Source: Prorocentrum cordatum (Eukaryota). Taken from it: a stretch of DNA of 55,414 nucleotides. The stretch spans positions 62,001 to 117,414 of the forward strand of contig CAUYUJ010000161.1 of NCBI GenBank assembly GCA_963575745.1, read 5' to 3'. A model generated the notes under the pieces. The model did no database searches. It was not told the origin of the DNA and saw only the letters and a program-made list of their open reading frames with translations. The stretch's first letter is position 1, and each line of letters begins with the position of its first letter. A program made the translations under genes and the position numbers. Of the stretch, positions 11,682-23,299 are shown in pieces.

Positions 11682-12613
11682 GTCGGCTAGGTAGTCGCTT
11701 CCCCCCTGCCATGTCTGGCCCCGCCGACCTGCCCTGCCACACGCCGCACCCTATCCTTCCCTGCCCTGCCATTTTCCGCCCCACCCCGGCCAACGCCGTG
11801 GACACGCCGATTCCAACCCTGCCATGTTCCGCCCCGCCACAGCTGTGCCCACGCCCAGCAGTGCCGAGCGCAGTGCTTTTTTTCGGAGAGACAGCTGAGG
11901 GCGGAGGGTCTGTGGGGCTTCTGGATGAACTCGCACGTGGGAGCAGGCGATCCTTCAGCGATGTCTGCGGGCCTGTGAGGGACACATACTTCCAATAGTA
12001 CGTCTTTCCACGTGACAGTGGCATGGCTTTTTCTGGACCCCCCCCGCTGAAGCGGATATCATTGATCGTCTCCCTCCTCCCCGCCTCTTGCGTCTTCCCA
12101 TCCGCACTCTCCCTCATCATTCCTCCAAGGAGTAGTACTGCTAGGTGCTCTGACGGAGAACCGTCAGTGCATGAGGTTTGAAATGGCATGGATCGCGACT
12201 TTCCCCAGATGCTAACACTCTCTCATACAAATATGATTGGCCCAGGCTACGCGCACTTGAGCGTCAGCTGCGGAACATCAGGCCTAGGGGCAAGTGGCCG
12301 AAGTTCTGACGTTGCAGGATCCGACGATGGCAACACTGAGCCGACGAATGCTAACCACGGACTTGTGGTCCCATCCTCCAGCCTTCCTCCCCCCTTTCTC
12401 CTCCACCCCGTTCTCTCTCCCGCCCCACCTCCCCCCTCCTCGCCCCCTCCGCCACCCGCGCCTCCCCTTGTTTGCTGCCTCGCTGGGGTCCGTGTGCTCT
12501 CTCTCTCCCCTGCCGCCCGAGGCCCGGCTGACCACCGTCTCCCCAACTCAGGAACTCACCTCGCGCGCAAACTTCGACTTCGACGCTTCTGCTCCCGCTC
12601 CCCTTCTTCGGAG

Positions 12614-12771
12614 GAGCGCCAACAATACACCACCACCAGCCCTGGCCAGGTCCATCTTGGGCCCTGGACTGGTGCATGGACCTTCAGGCTTGGGCCAGGA
12701 GGGCCTGCAGACCAGCCCAGGGCCCAGGATAGGCCTGAACAGGGCTGGTGGTGGTGTATTGTCCGGAGCTC
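12614..12771. mobile_element. MITE-like foldback element
   Basis: 23-bp perfect inverted repeat acaatacaccaccaccagccctg / cagggctggtggtggtgtattgt, with further imperfect internal pairing. Confidence 0.75.
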
Positions 12772-13946
12772 TCCCATTCTCGTCTCCCTTCCGTCGATGA
12801 CTTCCTCCACTCCCCTTCCGCTGCTCCCCGACGCCCAGCCACGCACCCCCTCCCGCGTCCTCTGTCCTTCCCTCACCCCCCCCCCGTCATCCGCCATCTC
12901 TGTCCCCTCTCGTCCCCGACACTCCTCCCCCTCGTCCTCCTCCTCCTCCTTCTCCTCCTTCCCCTCCTCCTCCTCCTCCTTCCCCTCCTCCTCCCCTCCT
13001 CCTCCTCGTCCTCATCCTCCTCCTCCTCCTCCCCCTCCTCCTCCTCCTCCTTCTCCTCCTCCTCCTCCTCCCGCGTCTCTTCTCCAAAACGGTGGGGACG
13101 TTCGTCAAGGGATGTGCCCTGGAGGCTTCAGACCCTGGAGGATCCCTTATCCAGTAATGGCGGTGGTGACACCCACAACCAATCTGCGATTGGAGTTCCA
13201 TAGGCTTCCAAACCCTCGAGCAATGATCCAATGGTTCCTTATCCAAAACCCTCACGGTACCTCACATCCCCTACCCCGTGTCCCTCTTCTCCCCATCCCT
13301 TACCTCGTTCTCCTCACCGATCCCTCCCCAGATCGCCCTCCGCCGGCCCAGTCGCGGGTGCGCTTCCGGACCTCCTTTAGGAGGGGCATCTCGGACCGCT
13401 CATTCAAGGCTCCAGGCCGCGGCTGCCGGTTTGGGTATGCATCGTCCTGTCACCGCTGTGTATGTTTACGTGTGTGTGTGTGTGTGCATCTCTCGTTAAT
13501 TTCTCTCTATCTCGCTCTTTCTCTCTATGTTTCTCTTTCTCTGTCTCTTTCGCTCTCTCTGTGCCTGTCTCACGACACGACTTTTGTGTGCATATGCGCG
13601 CCAACGTATTTCAGACATGCACATGCGTACGAAAGCGATTGCACATTTTGGTCAGCGGCGATGGCGAGCGCACAGCGCACATCGCGTTCTGGTAGCCGAC
13701 GCCACTTCACTTGCAAACGCGTAGGCACGCATGCACGTACATACGTGATCACGTATGCCAATGACGTTTCAGAGCTCCATCGTTTTGCTCTGTGGTCACT
13801 GTTTTGGAGCAGGAGATCTTTCCATGCCCCCCCCGCCTCCTACTCCTGCTGGAACTGCAGGGGGAGGAGGACATTTGGAGGGAACAGAAGGACGAAGCAG
13901 GGAGGAACGGGGGAGCCGTGATCGGGCAGCGGAGAGCAGGGGGCAA

Positions 13947-14122
13947 TCGGCGGGCACAGAACGGCATAGCATAAACTGTTCCGCCGATCGGGGGCGATTG
14001 TCCTCGGGCGGCTGGACATTGCACACCCGACATCCGCCACCGTGGGGGCCTAAACCTTCCAACCGCCCTGCGACAGGCGCCCCCGACGGTGGAACAGTGT
14101 ATGCTGTTCTGTTCTTCACCGA
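13947..14122. mobile_element. MITE-like element with ~50-bp imperfect TIRs, TCGG...CCGA ends
   Basis: agcataaactgttccgccgatcgggggcg vs cgcccccgacggtggaacagtgtatgct. Confidence 0.65.
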
Positions 14123-14727
14123 GCGCGTTCCGCTGCTTGTAAAGCGCCTGCTGGCAGAAGTCCGAAACGGTCGTGTCTCCCCCTGTCGTGGATCGGAAGT
14201 CCCTCGCGGGGCGGATCCAGGCCATTTGCGAGTAGTTACGCTGCGGCTCGTGGGACGCGCTCGTCCAGTTCTATATGCCCCCTCGATGCCCGAGGCAGGG
14301 AGGAGGGAGCATCCAGCATGGGCGGTGGGGACCCCCCCGGCGCGGTGCTCCGCCGACGCGCCGCTGCCCCCGGGGGGCGCCCGCGACCCCTCCGAGGTCG
14401 GTTCGGGGAGGGTGCCCACCCTAGCGCTCTTCGCGCCTGCTGGGTGCCCTCGTGCCTCCCGGGGAGGGTGCCCCCCCCTCGGCTGTCCTGTCTGCTTTCT
14501 GGCCGACGGAAGGTCTCCTGGTCCCGCAGGATGCTGCTCTGGCTGGAATCCCACTGCAGCCCAGCGAACACAGCTGCCCCTTGTGCTTCCAGGGTTGCTC
14601 TGCAGCCCCCGGCGGCGCGCTCGCCCTGCCGGGCACAGCGGCTCCCCAGCGTCTTGGCCCGCCCGCCCCCGCGGCGTGGCTCAGGCGAGGAGGGGCTGCG
14701 CAGAGGGGCGCCACGCGGGCGGCGGCG

Positions 14728-14832
14728 ATGGCGGCCGCCGGCCACCGGCCCGCGCGCCGCACTGCGGCTGCGACGGCGCTGGCGCTGCTGGCGGGCGCCT
14801 GCTGGACCTTGCCCGGCACTGGGCCCGGCGAG
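14728..14832 (+). CDS. TPM-domain gene, putative exon 1 (signal peptide)
   Basis: MAAAGHRPARRTAAATALALLAGACWTLPGTGPGE has a basic N-region plus a hydrophobic core. GAG|GC donor. Candidate trans-splice acceptor CAG|G at 14684. Confidence 0.55.
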
Positions 14833-16104
14833 GCCGCGGGCGATCTCTCGCAGTGCTGCTGCTGCTGCCGATGCCGCTGCTGCCGTTGCCGCCTCGCCCG
14901 GGTGGTTTCTGCCAGGCCGTTGCCGTTGCTGCTGGGGTGTTTCTGCTGTTGCTGCTGCTGCTGCTGCGACTGCTGCTGCTGGTGCTGAGCTGCTGTTCCT
15001 TCGTCTGCGTCTCCTCCTCCTCCTCCTCCTCCTCCTCCTCCTTGTCCTCCTCATTGTTTAACTGCTGCACTTGGTCGTCCAGTTTGTTTTCTTGCTGCGC
15101 TGCAGGATTTGCTTTTTCGTCCGGGTCTAGGGGAGGTTACGTTATGCAGACTTCCAAGGCTTTTGCTTGGGTTGATTCCGGGAATGTTCGGCCGCCGTCG
15201 GGAAGAAGTGGTGCCGAGGTAGGCTGGCTGTCCTGGTTTGGCGTGTCCGGAGGCCCCAGAGGGACGAGGGGGCGCCGGGGGCGCCGCCGGCCAGTCTCGC
15301 CCGGCCCTCCGCCGAGCACTGCTCCCGTGCGCGGTGGCGCCGATACCTGCGCCACCCGTGGAGGCGCGAAGAGGTGGTCGCGTGCTCCTGGCAGGAGGGC
15401 AGGCTCGCAGGGGGGATCGCGCCAAGCCCTCGACCCCAGGGCGACCAACATCAGGAGGGGAAAACAGGCACAGGCAGAATTCATCGTCCACTCCCCAGAA
15501 GAAATGTGGGAAACCATGGGGAGTGGGGGGGAAGGCGAAGAACCAGGAAGTGTGAGACAATACGGTGGGTTGCTTGTGTGTGTGTTTCTTTGTGTGTCCT
15601 TGGGCCCCTTGACAACACGCGTGCTCTTGGACCCTCGATGGTCCCACCCGACCGGCCGCGCACGGCCTCGGGCTGCGCCAAAGGAGCGACAGGAGGAGGA
15701 TCGCGCTGTGCGCGCCGCTGCCTGGGCCACAGGCTGGCCTCCTCCAAGGGGGCGGCGCGAGGGCGCGAAGAGGTCACGCCTCGCGGGGCGCAGTGCGCGA
15801 AGTTGGAGATGCTCTTCTGGGAGGGGGGTGGAAGCACACAGACACAAACGATCGCCGATTCCCAGGAGAGTATGGGAACATATGGGAGTGGGGGGGGAGG
15901 CGAAACTCGAGAAAATCTGGGAAGCGGGGGGAAGGCGGAACTCCAGAACATGTGGTAGAACAGGATGCCTCTTGGGACTCGTGTCTATTCATCTCTGTGT
16001 GTGTCCCTGGGCCCCTTCAAACTGGAGTTCCTCTTCCTTCGCCTTCGCGCCCTCGCCCGCGTCGCGGGGCCTTGCCTTCCTTGCGCGCCCTGCAGAGGCG
16101 CGAG

Positions 16105-16163
16105 GCCGCGTCGCGGCCGCCTTCTGCCAGCCGCCGGCCGCCTCCGCTGCCGGCGCTGCGGGG
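16105..16163 (+). CDS. TPM-domain gene, putative exon 2 (transit peptide)
   Basis: AG|G acceptor, GC donor, AASRPPSASRRPPPLPALRG. An alternative acceptor at 16098 gives another open frame (ARGRVAAAFCQPP...). Confidence 0.4.
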
Positions 16164-16489
16164 GCACCCGTGCGCGCTCCGGAGAGGCGCAGGGGCGGCA
16201 CCAGAAGCACAGGCGGCAGAATTCAGAGGGGGAGGAGGAGGAGGAGGAGGAGGCGGAGGAGGAGGAGGAGGCGGAGGAGGCGGAGGAGGCGGAGGGAGGC
16301 GGAGGAGGAGGAGGGAGGCGGAGGAGGAGGAGGAGGAGGCGGAGGAGGAGGAGGAGGAGGCGGAGGAGGAGGAGGAGGCGGAGGAGGCGGAGGAGGAGGA
16401 GGCGGAGGAGGCGGAGGGAGGCGGAGGAGGAGGAGGAGGAGGAGGAGGAGGAGGAGGAGGGCAAGCTGAGACAGCTGCACAGTCGCTCC

Positions 16490-16650
16490 GAGGTACGAGA
16501 TCGAGGTCGTTTCCGGGAGGGTGCGTTGGTGTTCTTCGGTGCTTGTTGGACGTTCTTGTGCGTGTTGGGGCAGGGCACCCTCGATCGTCCTGCAGTTTGG
16601 GCCGGCGGAGGGCCTCATGTTCTCTAGGGATGTTCTTCTGTCCTGGGTCC
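16490..16650. repeat. Dispersed ~160-bp repeat, probably a retroelement fragment
   Basis: Aligns by eye with 37532-37685 and more weakly with 14392-14545 (gaggtcggttcggggagggt...gggcaccctcga...ggatgttcttctgtcct). Confidence 0.7.
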
Positions 16651-17784
16651 GACTGTAGCTAGGCTGTGGGGGCCCCCTCGTCGCCACGGCTGGACGCAGC
16701 TCGGAAAGTTGGTGCGTTCGGACCCCAGGGTGGGTCTGGGGATTGATGTTGCGCTGCCATTGTCTCAACACACTCTTCTCCGAGCAGTCGGGTTCTGTTT
16801 CAGTCCTGATTCCTCTCATCGAGCCCACCCGTAGGGTCGGTCGGCTCCTTTCTCAGCAAACAGGGCGTTGGGACTCGCTGGTGCTAGAAGGCCATGCAGT
16901 CGGAGAACTGCAGAGGAAGCGGAGGAAATGGAGGCGGTGTAGGATCTGGCGACAGAAGCGTATGTTTTGAACGAGGAGTGCGAGGAGAACGAAGAGGATG
17001 ATATGTAGTGTGATGAGGCGAAGGCAGAGGAGGCAGAGGAGGAAGGCGAGGAGAAGTGAGCGGAGAGTGGGATGGAGTATATAGTGGAGGCGGCAGATGA
17101 GGGGTGGGGAGGGGAGAGTGGAGGTCCTGGCCTCTTTTGGGCCCACCTGCGCGCGCATCGGCCGCGGCCTCGCGCGCCCTGACGACCGCTCGCTAGCGCC
17201 GGGGCGCGAGCACCTATGCCCGCATCTTTCATTGGGGGGAGGCGCGTAAGAGTTGGAGGGCGATCATGCTGCCTTAATGAGCATTCGAAGTGTAGTGCTC
17301 ATAGCTTGCGAGGCACAGTCAAAATTCATGGTAAGGATGCGTTGCTTCATCAAGGCTGTCCTTGGACCCTTGATTGTCCGACCCATCTTGAGCCAATGTT
17401 GACGCCCAAGGAGCTCCAAATGGCCATTGGGCCTTTTAGAGGTCCTGCACCCTTACCTTCTTGTGGAGTTTTGATGTAGTTTGCTGTATCTGAACCTTTG
17501 GTATGTCCAGGGCGTCCAGGGCGTTCAGTGGGCTACGGAGCGGGAGTGGCGGGACGACCAGCGGAGTAGAGACTCTCAGGGCGTTCGGTTGGCCATGCTG
17601 GAGCTCGAGTGGCTTGCTGGGTGGAAACGGTGGAGGAGGAGGGGGAGGTGGTGGAGGAGGAACATGAGGACGAGGGGGTCGAGGAGGAGAAGGAGGACGA
17701 GGAGGTGGAGGACGAAGAAAAAAAACGTGGTGCGCAACTCGAGGGAGGGGCGACGGAACCTCTTGCGGCTCCCGCGCGCGGCAG

Positions 17785-17827
17785 GAGCGAGGCGGGGCGC
17801 CGCGGCGCCGCGGCCGCGTGGCTGCCG
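17785..17827 (+). CDS. TPM-domain gene, putative exon 3
   Basis: CAG|G acceptor, CCG|GC donor. SEAGRRGAAAAWLP contains a twin arginine, and the phase is compatible with exon 2. Confidence 0.4.
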
Positions 17828-18077
17828 GCCGGCCGAATGACCCCCCACGGAGGAGACCCCCGGGGGAGCGAGCGGCGGCATTGCCCTGGGTCCGCCGCCT
17901 CCTCCTCGGTCCTCTTCCGCATCGGTATTCCCCCTCGACCCTTGTCCCCCCGATCTTGTTCCCCATCCTCCTCCTCCTCCTCCTCCTCCTCCTCCTCCTC
18001 CTCCTCCTCCTCCTCCTCCTCCTCCTCTCCTCCTCCTCCTCCTCCTCCTCCTCCTCCCACTAGTTTCGGCTCGCGAG

Positions 18078-18152
18078 GTGCTGTCCCTGTGGGTGCGCCT
18101 GCCAGCGTGGGCGAGGGGCCCCCAGCGCCCGCTGAGACCAGCGCTCGGCACG
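18078..18152 (+). CDS. TPM-domain gene, putative exon 4
   Basis: AG|G acceptor. VLSLWVRLPAWA-RGPQRPLRPALGT has an AxA cleavage-like site. ACG|GC donor in phase 0; 3' boundary uncertain. Confidence 0.4.
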
Positions 18153-18471
18153 GCGGCTCCCAGAGAGAGACAGCCGAGCCGCCGCTCGGCTGGTCGCGCC
18201 CTCTTCAGGAGGGAAAAAAACACACAGACACAATTAATCTTCGATTCCCAGGAAAATATGGGAAAATATGGGAATTGGGGGGGAAGACAAAAACCCAGAA
18301 AATATATATGAAAATATGGGGACTATTTTTATTTGTGTGTATTTATTTGTGTGTCCTAATTTCCCTTTACCTCTGCACGCCTGGGCGGGCAAGTCCACTG
18401 CCCGCCTGCAGGCCCTGCTGCAGGGCGCGGCCGCGCAGCTCGATTAGCATTCCGGCAGGTCAGCAGGGACT

Positions 18472-19000
18472 ATGGTGCCGAAGCTTCCTGAGCCGCATGT
18501 GCAGCCACGTGTTATACGAGGCGACGAGTTCCCGCTGTGGGGACGATGGTACTGTGGGGCGAACCCAAAGTGGGTTTGCAGAATCACATGGCGGTGCGGC
18601 AATTCGGCGCCAGCACGGATCGTAAATGCGGCCAAGAAGACGGACAAGATGGCACAGGAGGCAGAGGCAGTTGGCAAGAATTTCCCGTCCACGCCCAACC
18701 GTTGAGCTGGTTTACGCACCAAGTTGGTGCCATGGAGCCCCAAGGCGACGGACGTCAGCAGGCTGCAAGAGGAGCTCAACCGGACGGTGGCCGAGAACAA
18801 GAAGCTCAAGGGTTCGCAGGACGGCAAGATGGACGTGGACGACGGCAACGAGACCAGCGGCGTCGGTGGCAACGGCGCGCTGCGTAAAGAGATCATCGCC
18901 AAGATCGCGTGGTATGAGAATTTGGTGCAGTGTTTCACAGACATCAGGGACACCGACATGGTGGAAACGCTCAAGCCCAAGATCGGTGCATACCGATGGC
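18472..19000 (+). pseudogene. LINE ORF1-like remnant (degenerate zinc finger plus coiled coil)
   Basis: WYCGANPKWVCRITWRCGNSAPARIVNAAKK, then across a stop DVSRLQEELNRTVAENKKLK...LRKEIIAKIAWYENL. Confidence 0.45.
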
Positions 19001-19228
19001 GGCTTCGACCCTCTCGACCAAATCGACGAGGACGGTGCATGGAGAAGCTGGGTCACGACCCAATGGAGTGGCCGGACAGCTTCGCCAACGCCCCCTGATG
19101 TGGAGCGCTGCCGAAGCGGGCGGCCGCGTTTCAGCCTGAGGCAAACTGCGTGCGCGCGGCGTGTGCTTCATGCATTCATTCCTCCTCCTGATCCTGACAA
19201 GTCTGCTCCTCTCGTCTCCTCAACCGCT

Positions 19229-19263
<35 letters not shown>

Positions 19264-19607
19264 TTCGTCCTCCTCTTCCTCCTCCTCTTCCTCCTCCTTC
19301 CTCCTCCTTTTCCTCGTCCTCCTCCTTCTCCTCCTCCTCCTCCTTCTCCTCCTCCTTCTCCCTTTCCTCCTCCTCCTCCTCCCATTCCTTCTCCTCCTCT
19401 TCCTCCGCGTCATCCGCCTCCTCCTCTTTCCAATCCTTTCCCTCTTCCTTCAACTTTTCGCCCGAAGGTTCCGCCGCCGCCTCCTGCTCCTGCTGCTGCT
19501 CCTGCTCCTGCTCCTCCACCTGTTCCTCCTCCTCCTCCTCCTCATCCTCTTTCTTTGAATCCTCCCCCTCCTGATCCTCCTTCTCGTCCTCCTTTTCCTC
19601 CTCCTCC

Positions 19608-19629
19608 TCCGTAGCCTTTTTGGCTCAAG
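19608..19629 (+). other. Dinoflagellate spliced-leader sequence integrated in the genome
   Basis: TCCGTAGCCTTTTTGGCTCAAG is a 21/22 match to DCCGTAGCCATTTTGGCTCAAG. Confidence 0.9.
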
Positions 19630-21099
19630 GTCGAACCATTTGTCGCGGGGGCTCGAGCTTGTGGTCCCGCCGCCGTACGACAACCATCGAGAGAGCGCCC
19701 TACGCTTCGCGCGCGCTCGGCATCCAAAACATCACGTCCAGTAGACCGCATTTGGTTTGTAAGCGGTGCGGTGCCGACAGCTGGATCTATGTCAGTAATA
19801 AGGCCGAGCACTGTCAGTTTTGTGGTTTGGCGTTTCCCTGTCGCGGTCATGGTGATCGCTCCACGGCCAAATTATCAGGCTGATGTACCAGGTGGTCGTG
19901 TCAAAGGTCGTCAAGGAGGAGGCACATCGGGAAGAGGACGTCAAATATTTGTTGAGAAGGGGCAGGGTTGTTGGCACGGCGCCTGCACACAACGCACGTG
20001 ATGACGGCGATGCTGTCGATGCTGCTCCTGACCCTCCTCCTCCTCCTCCTCCTCCTCCTCCCTCCTTCTTCCTCCCCCTTCCTCCCCCTCCTCCTCCTCC
20101 TCCTCCTCCTCCTCCGCCTCCTCTGCCTCCTCCTCCTCCTCCTCCTCCTCCTCCTCCCTCCTCCGCCAGTCAGAGGCAAAGATAGGGTCAGGGGCGGGCG
20201 GCCTAACATTCAATCCCGGGGAGCCTGCTTCTGTGGGCCCTGCTCGGAACGATCTGCAACACATGGAATCTCTCCTGAAGGCCCGCACTAGGTACACTCA
20301 GATATTCGAGTTTCTGTCATCTCATGTTCTTGTTCGGCGTGAGTTTTATAGCGTGCGCGCCACCGTTGAGAACATGAAGCAACGCAAAACTGAACGAATG
20401 TCTGCGGACCAGCCCCGTGCCCAAGTTCAGAGTCACATTGAATCACGGCCAAACTGCAAAGAGCAGAGATGAGTATCCAAATTCTCGGGTCTCCGGTGGA
20501 TGTTACCATTCAGAAGAAGGACGAGATTACTGCGCGCCGAGATCGTCTCCAATAATATTTGGATCATTGGCAATGCCTGAGCCCGCCCCAGGCGACGGTA
20601 TATCTGCCGCGGGGGTTTTGGAAAAGTCTATCGGCGGTGATTCCCCCAGCAGCGTTGGCTTCTCCGCGTGCTGCACAAGCCCGGGCCCAGTTGTCATCCC
20701 TGGCCCCATCCGGGGACTGGCACCTGTAGACCCAACGCACAGCCCACTCGAAGGCGCAGCCTCGCCCCCGACGACGACGTTGGGACGATATCAGCGACGA
20801 AAACGACGCCAGCATCGGTGGTCAAGATGACGACGAGGATGATGATGGTGACGATGCAGTTGGAATGGATTGGGACCTACAGCTCGCATGGCAGCACGGG
20901 GGTCGCGATTTGCCCCCCCGCATGGTGAACACTTCGCGCAGACCGCCGCCCAGTGCTGGCCACAGAGGTGGTAACCCTGTACAGGATCCGCCAGTACCAC
21001 GACCAGATCTACCAAGTAAAGGGGGATGCGGAGGAAGAGATAGTGAGAGCTATGTTTTCCTCTCCCGTCGCCGTTGTCGTCACTGGCGCCATCGGCGAC

Positions 21100-21765
21100 C
21101 TCGGTCTTGGCATATAGCTACCACTAATGTCATTACTTGGCCCCGTGCTCGTGAGTTTCTCAGCTCCACGTCCTACGACGTCTATTTGCTACAAGAGCTG
21201 TTGACAGGTGAGGAAGCTGTAGAGACCGCAATGTCCGATGTCAGCTCTTGGGGTTACCATTCCTTCCTGCGGCCATCTGTCCTGGCCCAGGCGGCAGGAC
21301 AGTCGGCGGGAGTCGGGGTGGTTCCCTCTTGGGCCTACGGCGTGCAACCGCTGCAGCTTGGCATCGAGCAGTTTCCACCCCTGGAGAAGGTAATTTGCAT
21401 CGCAAGACAGACATGGCATTGTACAATTGGACATACTTGTCTTCAGCGTTAATATGTACAGTGGTAAGGGTGATGACGCCCTGGCTAAGACTACTCATCT
21501 GCAGTTGCAACTTGCTGCCGTCCAGCGCGCGGCTTCTACTTCATATATGGTTGGGAGGCTGGCAGATGTCACCGGCGCAGCTCGCAGCATCGGGATGGCC
21601 TGACCTCGCGCAGGGCTGCATAAAACAACTCACGCGGAAGACGCGGACATCTCGCACGAGGACCATTGTTGCATCGTTTATTTTGTTGCTCATCAGTTGT
21701 TAGCGGCCGGCTCGACCTGCGAAGCGCGGCCCAGCGCGGCCATTGCAAAACGTGAGCCCGCTGCA
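21100..21765 (+). pseudogene. APE (exonuclease III-like) endonuclease domain of LINE ORF2, frameshifted
   Basis: IATTNV...DVYLLQE...SAGVGV, then in other frames VFSVNMY, LGGWQMSPAQL and YFVAHQLL. These match the APE motifs xNV, QE, GV, Y, GDxN and DYF. Confidence 0.8.
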
Positions 21766-22476
21766 CTGACGGTGGCGGGGTCCTTGTGAACAAGGCTTGC
21801 GCCTTTGATTCGGCGTGCCCCAGATTTCTTGTGCCATTGGCCAATGGGCGCGCTCCCGAACATCTCGCCGATTGAAATGCCCAACCCGAGCTTCTCGCTG
21901 GTCTCAACGACCTCGACTTTCTACAAGTTGCCGCGCCTCGCTGGGCGGAACTGTCGGCTAAGGATTTCTGACGTCAGATGGATCCAGAATCATGTCGGGC
22001 GCGCCCCCCATACAGGGGGATTTCCGACGGAAAAAATACACCAAACATGCCCCGAGAAGGTCGAACACGATTCAAATAATAGTCCCCACATTATGTTTGG
22101 ATCATGTTTGGGGCACTTGTTATTTTTCGTCGAAAATCCCCTTGTAGGAGGACAGGCCCGACTTAAATCCAGATCTTCATGGCAGATGATCAGGAGGAAA
22201 AGAAACGCACAGACACAATTAATCCTCGATTCCCAAGAAAATATTGGAAAATATGGGAAGTGGGGGGGAAGACAGAAACCCAGAAAATATGGAAAAATAG
22301 AGGGAATCATTTTATTTGTGTGTATTTATTTGTGTGTCCTGGGGCCCCTTCAAATGAGGCCAGCCGCCGTCGACTGCCCATTCTCGTGCTGCCACGAGTC
22401 GCCGAGGCCGCAGTCGGACCACTTTCGCGGGCCGCCCATGGAGGCCCCGTTCTGCGCGATTGCCCTCGGTCTTCTA

Positions 22477-22713
22477 GGCCTCCTAGATGGGGTCGGAGTA
22501 GATGGGGTCGGAGGATCGTGCTGCATTGTTCATGTATCGGCGATGTGTTTCGATGCGGAGCCCGATGTGCTTCACGTCTACGTCGCCACTGCATCGCCGA
22601 CGTCGTCGATGCATCGCCAGTGCATCGCCGATGCATCGTCGATGCATCGCCGATGTATCGCCGATGCGGCGCGATCCACCGACCCCATCTACTCCGACCC
22701 CATCTAGGAGACC
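22477..22713. mobile_element. MITE with ~40-bp TIRs and TCTA duplication; internal gcatcgccgat repeats
   Basis: TCTA|ggcctcctagatggggtcggagtagatggggtcgga...ccgaccccatctactccgaccccatctaggagacc|TCTA. Confidence 0.85.
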
Positions 22714-23299
22714 TCTAGGTCTTGCATTTTCGGGCCAGAGGTTCGAGAGCCAGCGCGAAGTCGGGCGCGTCCCCCTACGGAGATTTTCGACGAAAAATGA
22801 AAAATGTACCAAAACTACCCCGAAATGCCAAAAACATATTCAAAACATAGTTTTCAGCTGATTTTTTGGGAGTATGTTTGGTCTATTGTTTCGTCGAAAA
22901 TCCCCCTGTAGGGGGACAGGCCCGGCTTAAGTCAGCGCTAAGTTCGCGCGCTTGCAGAGCGCGCCGATGTCGCCCCAATCCAGGAGAAGGATCGCGCCCT
23001 AGGGAGCGGGACTGGCGGCGCGAGCAAGTCCGTCGCATTTCTGCCTCATCGGTTGAAGCAGTCAATGCCCTCGCCGGCCAGCTCGACGCAATGGCCGCGG
23101 ATGCCGAAATTGCATCGCCGAAGGTTCGCCATCAGCAGCAGTGCGATTGGGCGCTCGCCGCAACGTCACAGGGTTCGGCAGCCGCTTACAAGTGCATCCG
23201 CGGGAGGCCGCCTGGGCAACTCTTCGAGGTGAAACCGGAGATGGATTCAAAAGCCCCCATCCCCGCAGCGCCATCTTCATTGCCGTGAAGAGTCCAGGC

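Noticed and set aside
13755..16469. 904-aa ORF and other long ORFs (12188-13921, 48699-50273, 50476-52026, 41717-43087)
   Set aside because: They run through microsatellites and MITEs, have low-complexity translations, and stay open because of high GC content.
17388..17402. Minus-strand CAACATTGGCTCAAG as an SL relic
   Set aside because: Only the last 10 nt match, and it sits inside coding-like retroelement debris; compatible with chance.
18056..18077. Degenerate SL-like tttcggctcgcgag after a (CCT)n tract
   Set aside because: The match is too poor, and it is better explained as the acceptor region of proposed exon 4.
22408..22443. Candidate extra TPM exon (PQSDHFRGPPME) with AG|G and AG|GC sites
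   Set aside because: It lies between the APE and RT domains and reads as LINE linker in another frame. It is not needed in the preferred model, though it is phase-compatible with the alternative frame.
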